Source: Eledone cirrhosa (Eukaryota). From it: a stretch of 64,000 nt of DNA. The notes under the pieces are model-generated. The model was given only the letters and a program-made list of their open reading frames with translations. It made no database searches and was not told the origin of the DNA. Below are positions 12,100 through 24,600 of this stretch, one piece after another; the first letter of the stretch is position 1; each line of letters opens with the position of its first letter. A program made the position numbers and the translations under genes. The DNA is taken from positions 5,084,001-5,148,000 of the forward strand of contig OZ024744.1 in NCBI GenBank assembly GCA_964016885.1, written 5' to 3'.

Positions 12100-15000
12100 A
12101 TCTTGGTAGACATTGGTGTTGGTAGCAGAGTTCTATCTTGGTAGACAGTGGTGTTGGTAGCAGAGGTCTATGTTGGTAGACAGTGGTGTTGGTAATAGAG
12201 GTCTATCTTGGTAGACAGTGGTGTTGGTAGCAGATGTCTATCTTGGTAGACAGTGGTGTTGGTAGCAGAGGTCTATCTTGGTAGACAGTGGTGTTGGTAG
12301 CAGAGGTCGATCTTGGTAGACAGTGGTGTTGGTAGCAGAGGTCTATCTTGGTAGACAGTGGTGTTGGTAGCAGATGTCTATCTTGGTAGACAGTGGTGTT
12401 GGTAGCAGAGATCTATCTTGGTAGACAGTGGTGTTGGTAGCAGAGGTCGATCTTGGTAGACAGTGGTGTTGGTAGCAGAGGTCGATCTTGGTAGACAGTG
12501 GTGTTGGTAGCAGAGGTCTATCTTGGTAGACAGTGGTGTTGGTAGCAGAGGTCTATGTTGGTAGACAGTGGTGTTGGTAGCAGAGGTATATCTTGGTAGG
12601 CAGTGGTGTTGGTAGCAGAGCTCTATCTTGGTAGACAGTGGTGTTGGTAGCAGAGGTCTATCTTGGTAGACAGTGGTGTTGGTAGCAGAGGTCTTTCTTG
12701 GTAGACAGTGGTGTTGGTAGCAGAGGTCTATGTTAGTAGAAAGTGAGGTTGGTAGCAGAGGTCTATCTTGGTAGAAAGTGGTGTTGGTAGGAGAGGTCTA
12801 TCTTGGTAGACAGTGGTGTTGGTAACAGAGGTCTATCTTGGTAGACAGTGGTGTTGGTAGCAGAGGTCTATATTGGTAGACAGTGGTGTTGGTAGCAGAT
12901 GTCTATCTTGGTAGACAGTGGTGTTGGTAGCAGAGGTCTATCTTGGTAGACAGTGGTGGTGGTAGCAGAGGTCTATCTTGTTAGACAGTGTTGTTGGTAG
13001 CAGAGGTCTATCTTAGTAGACAGTGGTGTTGGTAGCAGAGGTCTATCCTGGTAGACAGTGGTGTTGGTAGCAGAGGTCTATCTTGGTAGACAGTAGTGTT
13101 GGTAGCAGAGGTCTATCTTGGTAGACAGTGGTGTTGGTAGCTGAGGTCTAACTTGGTAGACAGTGGTGTTGGTAGCAGAGGTCTATCTTAGTAGACAGTG
13201 GTGTTGGTAGCAGAGGTCTACCTTGGTAGACAGTGGTGTCGGTAGCAGAGCTCTATCCTGGTAGACAGTGGTGTTGGTAGCAGAGGTCTATCTTGGTAGA
13301 CAGTGAGGTTGGTAGCAGAGGTCTATGTTGGTAGACAGTGGTGTCGGTAGCAGAGCTCTATCTTGGTAGACAGTGGTGTTGGTAGCAGAAGTCTATCTTG
13401 GTAGACAGTGAGGTTGGGAGCAGAGGTCTATGTTGGTAGACAGTGGTGTTGGTAGCAGAGGTCTATCTTGGTAGACAGTGGTGTTGGTAGGAGAGGTTTA
13501 TCTTGGTAGACAGTGGTGTTGGTAGCAGAGGTCTATGTTGGTAGACAGTGGTGTTGGTAGCAGAGGTATATCTTGGTAGGCAGTGGTGTTGGTAGCAGAG
13601 CTCTATCTTGGTAGACAGTGGTGTTGGTAGCAGAGGTCTATCTTGGTAGACAGTGGTGTTGGTAGCAGAGGTCTATGTTAGTAGAAAGTGAGGTTGGTAG
13701 CAGAGGTCTATCTTGGTAGACAGTGAGGGTGGTAGCAGAGGTCTATCTTGGTAAACAGAGGTGTTGGTAGCAGAGGTCTATCTTGGTAGACAGTGAGGTT
13801 GGTATCAGAGGTCTATCTTGGTAGACAGTGAGGTTGGTAGCAGAGGTCTATGTTGGTAGACAGTGGTGTTGGTAGCATAGGTCTATCTTGGTAGACAGTG
13901 GTGTTGGTAGCAGAGGTCTATGTTGGTAGACAGTGGTGTTGGTAGTAGAGGTCTATCTTGGTAGACAGTGGTGTTGGTAGCAGATGTCTATCTTGGTAGA
14001 CAGTGGTGTTGGTAGCAGAGGTCTATCTTGGTAGACAGTGGTGTTGGTAGCAAATATCTATCTTGGTAGACAGTGGTGTTGGTAGCAGAGGTCTATGTTT
14101 GTAGACAGTGGTGTTGGTAGCAGAGGTCTATCTTGGTAGACAGTGGTGTTGGTAGCAGAGGTCTATCTTGGTAGACAGTGGTGTTGGTAGCAGAGGTCTA
14201 TCTTGGTAGACAGTGGTGTTGGTAGCAGAGGTCTATCTTGGTAGACAGCGGTGTTGGTAGCAGAGGTCTATGTTGGTAGACAGTGAGGTTGGTAGCAGAG
14301 GTCTATGTTGGTAGACAGTGGTGTTGCTAGCAGAGGTCTATCTTGGTAGACAGTGGTGTTGGTAGAAGAGGTCTATGTTGGTAGACAGTGAGGTTGGTAG
14401 CAGAGGTCTATCTTGGTAGACAGTGAAGTTGGTAGCAGAGGTCTATCTTGGTAGACAGTGAGGGTGGTAGCAGAGGTCTATCTTGGTAGACAGTGGTGTT
14501 CGTAGCAGAGGTCTATCTTGGTAGACAGTGGTGTTGGTAGCAGAGGTCTAACTTGGTAGACAGTGAGGTTGGTAGCAGAGGTCTATCTTGGTAGACAGTG
14601 GTGTTGGTAGCAGAGGTCTATCTTGGTAGACAGTGGGGTGGGTAGCAGAGGTCTATGTTGGTAGACAGTGGTGTTGGTAGCAGAGGTCTATGTTGGTAGA
14701 CAGTGGTGTTGGTAGCAGAGGTCTATGTTGGTAGACAGTGGTGTTGGTAGCAGAGGTTAATCTTGGTAGACAGTGGTGTTGGTAGCAGAGATCTATCTTG
14801 GTAGACAGTAGTGTTGGTAGCAGAGGTCTATGTTGGTAGACAGTGGTGTTTGTAGCAGAGGTCTATGTTGGTAGACAGTGGTGTTGGAAGCAGAGGTCTA
14901 TCTTAGTAGACAGTGGTGTTGGTACAGAGGTCTATGTTGGTAGACAGTGAGGTTGGTAGCAGAGGTCTATATTGGTAGACAGTGAGGTTGGTAGCAGAGG

Positions 15001-15380
15001 TATATCTTGGTAGACAGTGAGGTTGGTAGCAGAGCTCTATCTTGGTAGACAGTGGTGTTGGTAGCAGAGGTCTATCTTGGTAGACAGTGGTGTTGGTAGC
15101 AGAGGTCTATCTTGGTAGACAGTGGTGTTGGTAGCAGAGGTCTATGTTGGTAGACAGTGGTGTTGGTAGCAGAGGTATATCTTGGTAGGCAGTGGTGTTG
15201 GTAGCAGAGCTCTATCTTGGTAGACAGTGGTGTTGGTAGCAGAGGTCTTTCTTGGTAGACAGTGGTGTTGCTAGCAGAGGTCTATGTTGGTAGAAAGTGA
15301 GGTTGGTAGCTGAGATCTATGTTGGTAGACAGTGGTGTTGGTAGCAGAAGTCTATCTTGGTAGACAGTGAGGTTGGTAGC
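12100..15380. repeat. ~3.3-kb block with a near-identical copy at ~52360-55640
   Basis: GTAAACAGAG occurs at 13751 and 54011 (offset 40260). The order of neighbouring variants (GTCGATC, TTGTTAGAC, TCTACC, GGGAGC, CAAATATC) is the same in both. Confidence 0.88.
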
Positions 15381-17269
15381 AGAGGTCTATCTTGGTAGAC
15401 AGTGGTGTTGGTAGCAGAGGTCTATCTTGGTAGACAGTGGTGTTGGTAGCAGAGGTCTATCTTGGTAGACAGTGGTGTTGGTAGCAGAAGTCTATCTTGG
15501 TAGACAGTGGTGTTGGTAGCAGAGGTCTATCTTGGTAGACAGTGGTGTTGCTAGCAGAGGTCTATCTTGGTAGACAGTGGTGTTGCTAGCAAAGGTCTAT
15601 GTTGGTAGACAGTGAGGTTGGTAGCAGAGGTCTATCTTGGTAGACAGTGAGGGTGGTTGCAGAGGTCTATCTTGGTAGACAGTGGTGTTGGTAGCAGAGG
15701 TCTAGCTTGGTAGACAGTGAGGTTGGTATCAGAGGTCTATCTTGGTAGACAGTGAGGTTGGTAGCAGAGGTCTATGTTGGTAGACAGTGGTGTTGGTAGC
15801 ATAGGTCTATCTTGGTAGACAGTGGTGTTGGTAGCAGAGGTCTATGTTGGTAGACGGTGGTGTTGGTAGTAGAGGTCTATCTTGGTAGACAGTGGTGTTG
15901 GTAGCAGATGTCTATCTTGGTAGACAGTGGTGTTGGTAGCAGAGGTCTATCTTGGTAGACAGTGGTGTTGGTAGCAGATATCTATCTTGGTAGACAGTGG
16001 TGTTGGTAGCAGAGGTCTATGTTGGTAGACAGTGGTGTTGGTAGCAGAGGTCTATCTTGGTAGTCAGTGGTGTTGGTAGCAGAGGTCTATCTTGGTAGAC
16101 AGTGGTGTTGGTAACAGAGGTCTATGTTGGTAGACAGTGAGGTTGGTAGCAGAGGTCTATCTTGGTAGACAGTGGTGTTGGTAGCAGAGGTCTATGTTGG
16201 TAGACAGTGGTGTTGGTAGCAGAGGTATATCTTGGTAGATAGTGAGGTTGGTAGTAGAGGTCTATGTTGGTAGACATTGGTGTTGGTAGCAGAGTTCTAT
16301 CTTGGTAGACAGTGGTGTTGGTAGCAGAGGTCTATGTTGGTAGACAGTGGTGTTGGTAATAGAGGTCTATCTTGGTAGACAGTGGTGTTGGTAGCAGAGG
16401 TCTATGTTGGTAGACAGTGGTGTTGGTACCAGAGGTCTATCTTGGTAGACAGTGGTGTTGGTAGGAGAGGTCTATCTTGGTAGACAGTGGTGTTGGTAGC
16501 AGAGGTCTATCTTGGTAGAAAGTGGTGTTGGTAGGAGAGGTCTATCTTGGTAGACAGTGGTGTTGGTAGCAGAGGTCTATCTTGGTAGACAGTGGTGTTG
16601 GTAGCAGAGGTCTATATTGGTAGACAGTGGTGTTGGTAGCAGATGTCTATCTTGGTAGACAGTGGTGTTGGTAGCAGAGGTCTATCTTGGTAGACAGTGG
16701 TGGTGGTAGCAGAGGTATATCTTGTTAGACAGTGTTGTTGGTAGCAGAGGTCTATCTTAGTAGACAGTGGTGTTGGTAGCAGAGGTCTATCCTGGTAGAC
16801 AGTGGTGTTGGTAGCAGAGGTCTATCTTGGTAGACAGTAGTGTTGGTAGCAGAGGTCTATCTTGGTAGACAGTGGTGTTGGTAGCTGAGGTCTAACTTGG
16901 TAGACAGTGGTGTTGGTAGCAGAGGTCTATCTTAGTAGACAGTGGTTTGGTAGCAGAGGTCTACCTTGGTAGACAGTGGTGTCGGTAGCAGAGCTCTATC
17001 CTGGTAGACAGTGGTGTTGGTAGCAGAGGTCTATCTTGGTAGACAGTGAGGTTGGTAGCAGAGGTCTATGTTGGTAGACAGTGGTGTCGGTAGCAGAGCT
17101 CTATCTTGGTAGACAGTGGTGTTGGTAGCAGAAGTCTATCATGGTAGACAGTGAGATTGGGAGCAGAGGTCTATGTTGGTAGACAGTGGTGTTGGTAGCA
17201 GAGGTCTATCTTGGTAGACAGTGGTGTTGGTAGCAGAGGTTTATCTTGGTAGACAGTGGTGTTGGTAGC

Positions 17270-18400
17270 AGAGGTCTATGTTGGTAGACAGTGGTGTTGG
17301 TAGCAGAGGTATATCTTGGTAGGCAGTGGTGTTGGTAGCAGAGCTCTATCTTGGTAGACAGTGGTGTTGGTAGCAGAGGTCTATCTTGGTAGACAGTGGT
17401 GTTGGTAGCAGAGGTCTTTCTTGGTAGACAGTGGTGTTGGTAGCAGAGGTCTATGTTGGTAGAAAGTGAGGTTGGTAGCAGAGGTCTATCTTGGTAGACA
17501 ATGAGGTTGGTAGCAGAGGTCTATGTTGGTAGACAGTGGTGTTGGTAGCATAGGTCTATCTTGGTAGACAGTGGTGTTGGTAGCAGAGGTCTATGTTGGT
17601 AGACAGTGGTGTTGGTAGTAGAGGTCTATCTTGGTAGACAGTGGTGTTGGTAGCAGATGTCTATCTTGGTAGACAGTGGTGTTGGTAGCAGAGGTCTATC
17701 TTGGTAGACAGTGGTGTTGGTAGCAGATATCTATCTTGGTAGACAGTGGTGTTCGTAGCAGAGGTCTATGTTGGTAGACAGTGGTGTTGGTAGCAGAGGT
17801 CTATCTTGGTAGTCAGTGGTGTTGGTAGCAGAGGTCTATCTTGGTAGACAGTGGTGTTGGTAGCAGAGGTCTATGTTGGTAGACAGTGGTGTTGGTAGCA
17901 GAGGTATATCTTGGTAGGCAGTGGTGTTGGTAGCAGAGCTCTATCTTGGTAGACAGTGGTGTTGGTAGCAGAGGTCTATCTTGGTAGACAGTGGTGTTGG
18001 TAGCAGAGGTCTTTCTTGGTAGACAGTGGTGTTGGTAGCAGAGGTCTATGTTGGTAGAAAGTGAGGTTGGTAGCAGAGGTCTATCTTGGTAGACAATGAG
18101 GTTGGTAGCAGAGGTCTATGTTGGTAGACAGTGGTGTTGGTAGCATAGGTCTATCTTGGTAGACAGTGGTGTTGGTAGCAGAGGTCTATGTTGGTAGACA
18201 GTGGTGTTGGTAGTAGAGGTCTATCTTGGTAGACATTGGTGTTGGTAGCAGATGTCTATCTTGGTAGACAGTGGTGTTGGTAGCAGAGGTCTATCTTGGT
18301 AGACAGTGGTGTTGGTAGCAAATATCTATCTTGGTAGACAGTGTTGTTGGTAGCAGAGGTCTATGTTGGTAGACAGTGGTGTTGGTAGCAGAGGTCTATC
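17270..18400. repeat. 17-monomer (595-bp) local tandem duplication
   Basis: AGACAATGAGG at 17496 and 18091 (offset 595 = 17x35) with matching flanking variants (GTATAT..GGC, GCTCT, CTTTC, GCATAGG, GTAGTAG). Confidence 0.85.
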
Positions 18401-18639
18401 TTGGTAGACAGTGAGGGTGGTTGCAGAGGTCTATCTTGGTAGACAGTGGTGTTGGTAGCAGAGGTCTATCTTGGTAGACAGTGAGGTTGGTATCAGAGGT
18501 CTATCTTGGTAGACAGTGAGGTTGGTAGCAGAGGTCTATGTTGGTAGACAGTGGTGTTGGTAGCATAGGTCTATCTTGGTAGACAGTGGTGTTGGTAGCA
18601 GAGGTCTATGTTGGTAGACAGTGGTGTTGGTAGTAGAGG

Positions 18640-21600
18640 TCTATCTTGGTAGACAGTGGTGTTGGTAGGAGATGTCTATCTTGGTAGACAGTGGTGTTGG
18701 TAGCAGAGGTCTATCTTGGTAGACAGTGGTGTTGGTAGCAGATATCTATCTTGGTAGACAGTGGTGTTCGTAGCAGAGGTCTATGTTGGTAGACAGTGGT
18801 GTTGGTAGCAGAGGTCTATCTTGGTAGTCAGTGGTGTTGGTAGCAGAGGTCTATCTTGGTAGACAGTGGTGTTGGTAGCAGAGGTCTATCTTGGTAGACA
18901 GTGGTGTTGGTAGCAGAGGTCTATGTTGGTAGAAAGTGAGGTTGGTAGCAGAGGTCTATGTTGGTAGACAGTGGTGTTGGTAGCAGAGGTCTATCTTGGT
19001 AGACAGTGGTGTTGGTAGAAGAGGTCTATGTTGGTAGACAGTGAGGTTGGTAGCAGAGGTTTATCTTGGCAGACAGTGAGGTTGGTAGCAGAGGTCTATC
19101 TTGGTAGACAGTGGTGTTGGTAGCAGAGGTCTATGTTGGTAGACAGTGGTGTTGGTAGCAGAGGTCTATCTTAGTAGACAGTGGTGTTGGTAGCAGAGGT
19201 CTATCTTGGTAGACAGTGAAGTTGGTAGCAGAGGTCTATCTTGGTAGACAGTGAGGTTGGTAGCAGAGGTCTATCTTGGTAGACAGTGGTGTTGGTAGCA
19301 GAGGTCTATCTTGGTAGACAGTGAGGTTGGTAACAGAGGTCTATCTTGGTAGACAGTGGTGTTGTAGCAGAGGTCTATCTCGGTAGACAGTGAGGTTGGT
19401 AGCAGAGGTCTATGCTGGTAGACAGTGGTGTTGGTAGCAGAGGTCTATCTTGGTAGACAGTGGTGTTGGTAGCAGAGGTCTATCTTGGTAGACAGTGGTG
19501 TTGGTAGCAGAGGTCTATGTTGGTAGACAGTGAGGTTGCTAGCAGAGGTCTATCTTGGTAGACAGTGGTGTTGGTAGCAGAGGTCTATCTTGGTAGACAG
19601 TGAGGTTGGTATCAGAGGTCTATCTTGGTAGACAGTGGTGTTGGTAGCAGAGGTCTATGTTGGTAGACTGTGGTGTTGGTAGCAGAGGTCTATCTTGGTA
19701 GATAGTGAGGTTGGTAGTAGAGGTCTATGTTGGTAGACATTGGTGTTGGTAGCAGAGTTCTATCTTGGTAGACAGTGGTGTTGGTAATAGAGGTCTATCT
19801 TGGTAGACAGTGGTGTTGGTAGCAGATGTCTATCTTGGTAGACAGTGGTGTTGGTAGCAGAGGTCTATCTTGGTAGACAGTGGTGTTGGTAGCAGAAGTC
19901 GATCTTGGTAGACAGTGGTGTTGGTAGCAGAGGTCTATCTTGGTAGACAGTGGTGTTGGTAGCAGATGTCTATCTTGGTAGACAGTGGTGTTGGTAGCAG
20001 AGATCTATCTTGGTAGACAGTGGTGTTGGTAGCAGAGGTCGATCTTGGTAGACAGTGGTGTTGGTAGCAGAGGTCGATCTTGGTAGACAGTGGTGTTGGT
20101 AGCAGAGGTCTATCTTGGTAGACAGTGGTGTTGGTAGCAGAGGTCTATGTTGGTAGACAGTGGTGTTGGTAGCAGAGGTATATCTTGGTAGGCAGTGGTG
20201 TTGGTAGCAGAGCTCTATCTTGGTAGACAGTGGTGTTGGTAGCAGAGGTCTATCTTGGTAGACAGTGGTGTTGGTAGCAGAGGTCTTTCTTGGTAGACAG
20301 TGGTGTTGGTAGCAGAGGTCTATGTTGGTAGAAAGTGAGGTTGGTAGCAGAGGTCTATCTTGGTAGAAAGTGGTGTTGGTAGGAGAGGTCTATCTTGGTA
20401 GACAGTGGTGTTGGTAGCAGAGGTCTATCTTGGTAGACAGTGGTGTTGGTAGCAGAGGTCTATATTGGTAGACAGTGGTGTTGGTAGCAGATGTCTATCT
20501 TGGTAGACAGTGGTGTTGGTAGCAGAGGTCTATCTTGGTAGACAGTGGTAATGGTAGCAGAGGTCTATCTTGTTAGACAGTGTTGTTGGTAGCAGAGGTC
20601 TATCTTAGTAGACAGTGGTGTTGGTAGCAGAGGTCTATCCTGGTAGACAGTGGTGTTGGTAGCAGAGGTCTATCTTGGTAGACAGTAGTGTTGGTAGCAG
20701 AGGTCTATCTTGGTAGACAGTGGTGTTGGTAGCTGAGGTCTAACTTGGTAGACAGTGGTGTTGGTAGCAGAGGTCTACCTTGGTAGACAGTGGTGTCGGT
20801 AGCAGAGCTCTATCCTGGTAGACAGTGGTGTTGGTAGCAGAGGTCTATCTTGGTAGACAGTGAGGTTGGTAGCAGAGGTCTATGTTGGTAGACAGTGGTG
20901 TCGGTAGCAGAGCTCTATCTTGGTAGACAGTGGTGTTGGTAGCAGAAGTCTAACTTGGTAGACAGTGAGGTTGGGAGCAGAGGTCTATGTTGGTAGACAG
21001 TGGTGTTGGTAGCAGAGGTCTATCTTGGTAGACAGTGAGGTTGGTAGCAGAGGTCTATCTTGGTAGACAGTGAAGTTGGTAGCAGAGGTCTATCTTGGTA
21101 GACAGTGAGGGTGGTAGCAGAGGTCTATCTTGGTAGACAGTGGTGTTCGTAGCAGAGGTCTATCTTGGTAGACAGTGGTGTTGGTAGCAGAGGTCTATCT
21201 TGGTAGACAGTGGTGTTGGTAGGAGAGGTTTATCTTGGTAGACAGTGGTGTTGGTAGCAGAGGTCTATGTTGGTAGACAGTGGTGTTGGTAGCAGAGGTA
21301 TATCTTGGTAGGCAGTGGTGTTGGTAGCAGAGCTCTATCTTGGTAGACAGTGGTGTTGGTAGCAGAGGTCTATCTTGGTAGACAGTGGTGTTGGTAGCAG
21401 AGGTCTTTCTTGGTAGACAGTGGTGTTGGTAGCAGAGGTCTATGTTAGTAGAAAGTGAGGTTGGTAGCAAAGGTCTATCTTGGTAGACAGTGAGGGTGGT
21501 AGCAGAGGTCTATCTTGGTAGACAGAGGTGTTGGTAGCAGAGGTCTATCTTGGTACACAGTGAGGTTGGTATCAGAGGTCTATCTTGGTAGACAGTGAGG

Positions 21601-24600
21601 TCGGTAGCAGAGGTCTATGTTGGTAGACAGTGGTGTTGGTAGCATAGGTCTATCTTGGTAGACAGTGGTGTTGGTAGCAGAGGTCTATGTTGGTAGACAG
21701 TGGTGTTGGTAGTAGAGGTCTATCTTGGTAGACAGTGGTGTTGGTAGCAGATGTCTATCTTGGTAGACAGTGGTGTTGGTAGCAGAGGTCTATCTTGGTA
21801 GACAGTGGTGTTGGTAGCAAATATCTATCTTGGTAGACAGTGGTGTTGGTAGCAGAGGTCTATGTTGGTAGACAGTGGTCTTGGTAGCAGAGGTCTATCT
21901 TGGTAGACAGTGGTGTTGGTAGCAGAGGTCTATCTTGGTAGACAGTGGTGTTGGTAGCAGAGGTCTATCTTGGTAGACAGTGGTGTTGGTAGCAGAGGTC
22001 TATCTTGGTAGACAGTGGTGTTGGTAGCAGAGGTCTATGTTGGTAGACAGTGAGGTTGGTAACAGAGGTCTATGTTGGTAGACAGTGGTGTTGGTAGCAG
22101 AGGTCTATCTTGGTAGACAGTGGTGTTGGTAGAAGAGGTCTATGTTGGTAGACAGTGAGGTTGGTAGCAGAGGTCTATCTTGGTAGACAGTGAGGTTGGT
22201 AGCAGAGGTCTATCTTGGTAGACAGTGATGGTGGTAGCAGAGGTCTATCTTGGTAGACAGTGGTGTTGGTAGCCGAGGTCTATCTTGGTAGACAATCAGG
22301 GTGGTAGCAGAGGTCTATGTTGGTAGACAGTGGTGTTGGTAGCAGAGGTCTATGTTGGTAGACAGTGGTGTTGGTAGCAGAGGTCTATCTTGGTAGACAG
22401 TGGTGTTGGTAGCAGAGGTCTATCTTGGTAGACAGTGGTGTTGGTAGCCGAGGTCTATCTTGGTAGACAATCAGGGTGGTAGCAGACGTCTATGTTGGTA
22501 GACAGTGGTGTTGGTAGCAGAGGTCTATGTTGGTAGACAGTGGTGTTGGTAGCAGAGGTCTATCTTGGTAGACAGTGGTGTTGGTAGCAGAGGTCTATCT
22601 TGGTAGACAGTGCTTTTGGTAGCAGAGGTCTATATTGGTAGACAGTGGTGTTGGTAGCAGATGTCTATCTTGGTAGACAGTGGTGTTGGTAGCAGAGGTC
22701 TATCTTGGTAGACAGTGGTGGTGGTAGCAAGGTCTATCTTGGTAGACAGTGGTGTTGGTAGCAGAGGTCTATCTTGGTAGACAGTGGTGTTGGTAACAGA
22801 GGTCTATCTTGGTAGACAGTGGTGTTGGTAGCAGAGGTCTATCTTGGTAGACAGTGTTGTTGGAAGCAGAGGTCTATCTTGGTAGACAGTGGTGTTGGTA
22901 GCAGACATCTATCTTGGTAGACAGTGGTGTTGGTAACAGATGTCTATCTTGGTAGACAGTGGTGTTGGTAGCAGAGGTCTATCTTGGTAGACAGTGATGT
23001 TGGTAGCAGATGTCTATCTTGGTAGACAGTGGTGTTGGTAGCAGAGGTCTATGTTGGTAGACAGTGGTGTTGGTAGCAGAGGTCTATCTTGGTAGACAGT
23101 GATGTTGGTAACAGATGTCTATCTTGGTAGACAGTGGTGTTGGTAGCAGAGGTCTATCTTGGTAGACAGTGATGTTGGTAGCAGATGTCTATCTTGATAG
23201 TCAGTGGTGTTGGTAGCAGAGGTCTATGTTGGTAGACAGTGGTGTTGGTAGCAGAGGTCTATCTTGGTAGGCAGTGGTGTTGGTAGCAGAGGTCTATCTT
23301 GGTAGACAGTGGTGTTGGTAGCAGAGGTCTATCTTGGTAGACAGTGGTGTTGGTAGCAGAGGTCTATCTTGGTAGACAGTGGTGTTGGAAGCAGAGGTCT
23401 ATCTTGGTAGACAGTGGTGTTGGTAGCAGAGGTCTATCTTGGTTGACAGTGGTATTGGTAGCAGAGGTCTATCTTAGTAGACAGTGGTGTTGGTAACAGA
23501 GGTCTATCTTGGTAGACAGTGGTGTTGGTAGCAGAGGTATATCTTGGTAGACAGTGGTGTTGGTAGCAGAATCTATCTTGGTAGACAGTGGTGTTAGTCG
23601 CAGAGGTCTATCTTGGTAGACAGTGAGGTTGGTAGCAGAGGTCTATCTTGGTAGACAGTGGTGTTGGTAGCAGAGGTCTATCTTGGTAGACAGTGATGTT
23701 GGTAGAAGAGGTCTATGTTGGTAGAAAGTGAGGTTGGTAGCAGAGGTCTATCTTGGTAGACAGTGGTGTTGGTAGCAGAGGTTTATATTGGTAGACAGTG
23801 GTGTTGGTAGCAGAGGTTTATCTTGGTAGACATTGAGGTTGGTAGCAGAGGTCTATCTTGGTAGACAGTGGTGTTGGTAGCAGAGGTCTATGTTGGTAGA
23901 CAGTGGTGTTGGTAGCAGAAGTCTATCTTGGTAGACAGTGGTGTTGGTAGCAGAGGTCTATATTGGTAGACCGTGGTGTTGGTAGCAGAGGTCTATCTTG
24001 GTAGACAGTGAGGTTGGTAGCAGAGGTCTATCTTCGTAGACAGTGAGGTTGGTAGCAGAGGTCTATCTTGGTAGACAGTGGTGTTGGTAGCAGAGGTCTA
24101 TGTTGGTAGACAGTGAGGTTGGTAGCAGAGGTCTATCTTGGTAGACAGTGAAGTTGGTAGCAGAGGTCTATCTTGGTAGACAGTGAGGGTGGTAGCAGAG
24201 GTCTATCTTGGTAGACAGTGGTGTTCGTAGCAGAGGTCTATCTTGGTAGACAGTGGTGTTGGTAGCAGAGGTCTATCTTGGTAGACAGTGAGGTTGGTAG
24301 CAGAGGTCTATCTTGGTAGACAGTGGTGTTGGTAGCAGAGGTCTATCTTGGTAGACAGTGGGGTGGGTAGCAGAGGTCTATCTTGGTAGACAGTGGTGTT
24401 GGTAGCAGAGGTCTATCTTGGTAGACAGTGGTGTTGGTAGCAGAGGTCTATGTTGGTAGACAGTGGTGTTGGTAGCAGAGGTTAATCTTGGTAGACAGTG
24501 GTGTTGGTAGCAGAGGTCTATCTTGGTAGACAGTGGTGTTGGTAGCAGAGATCTATCTTGGTAGACAGTAGTGTTGGTAGCAGAGGTCTATGTTGGTAGA

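Noticed and set aside
21195-21470. 91-aa minus-strand ORF as a protein-coding gene
   Set aside because: It is a translation of about 8 satellite monomers. It is open only because variants (CTTTC, GTATAT) remove two in-frame TAGs, and its start is a TTG created by a GCAA variant. It has no recognisable domain or gene context.
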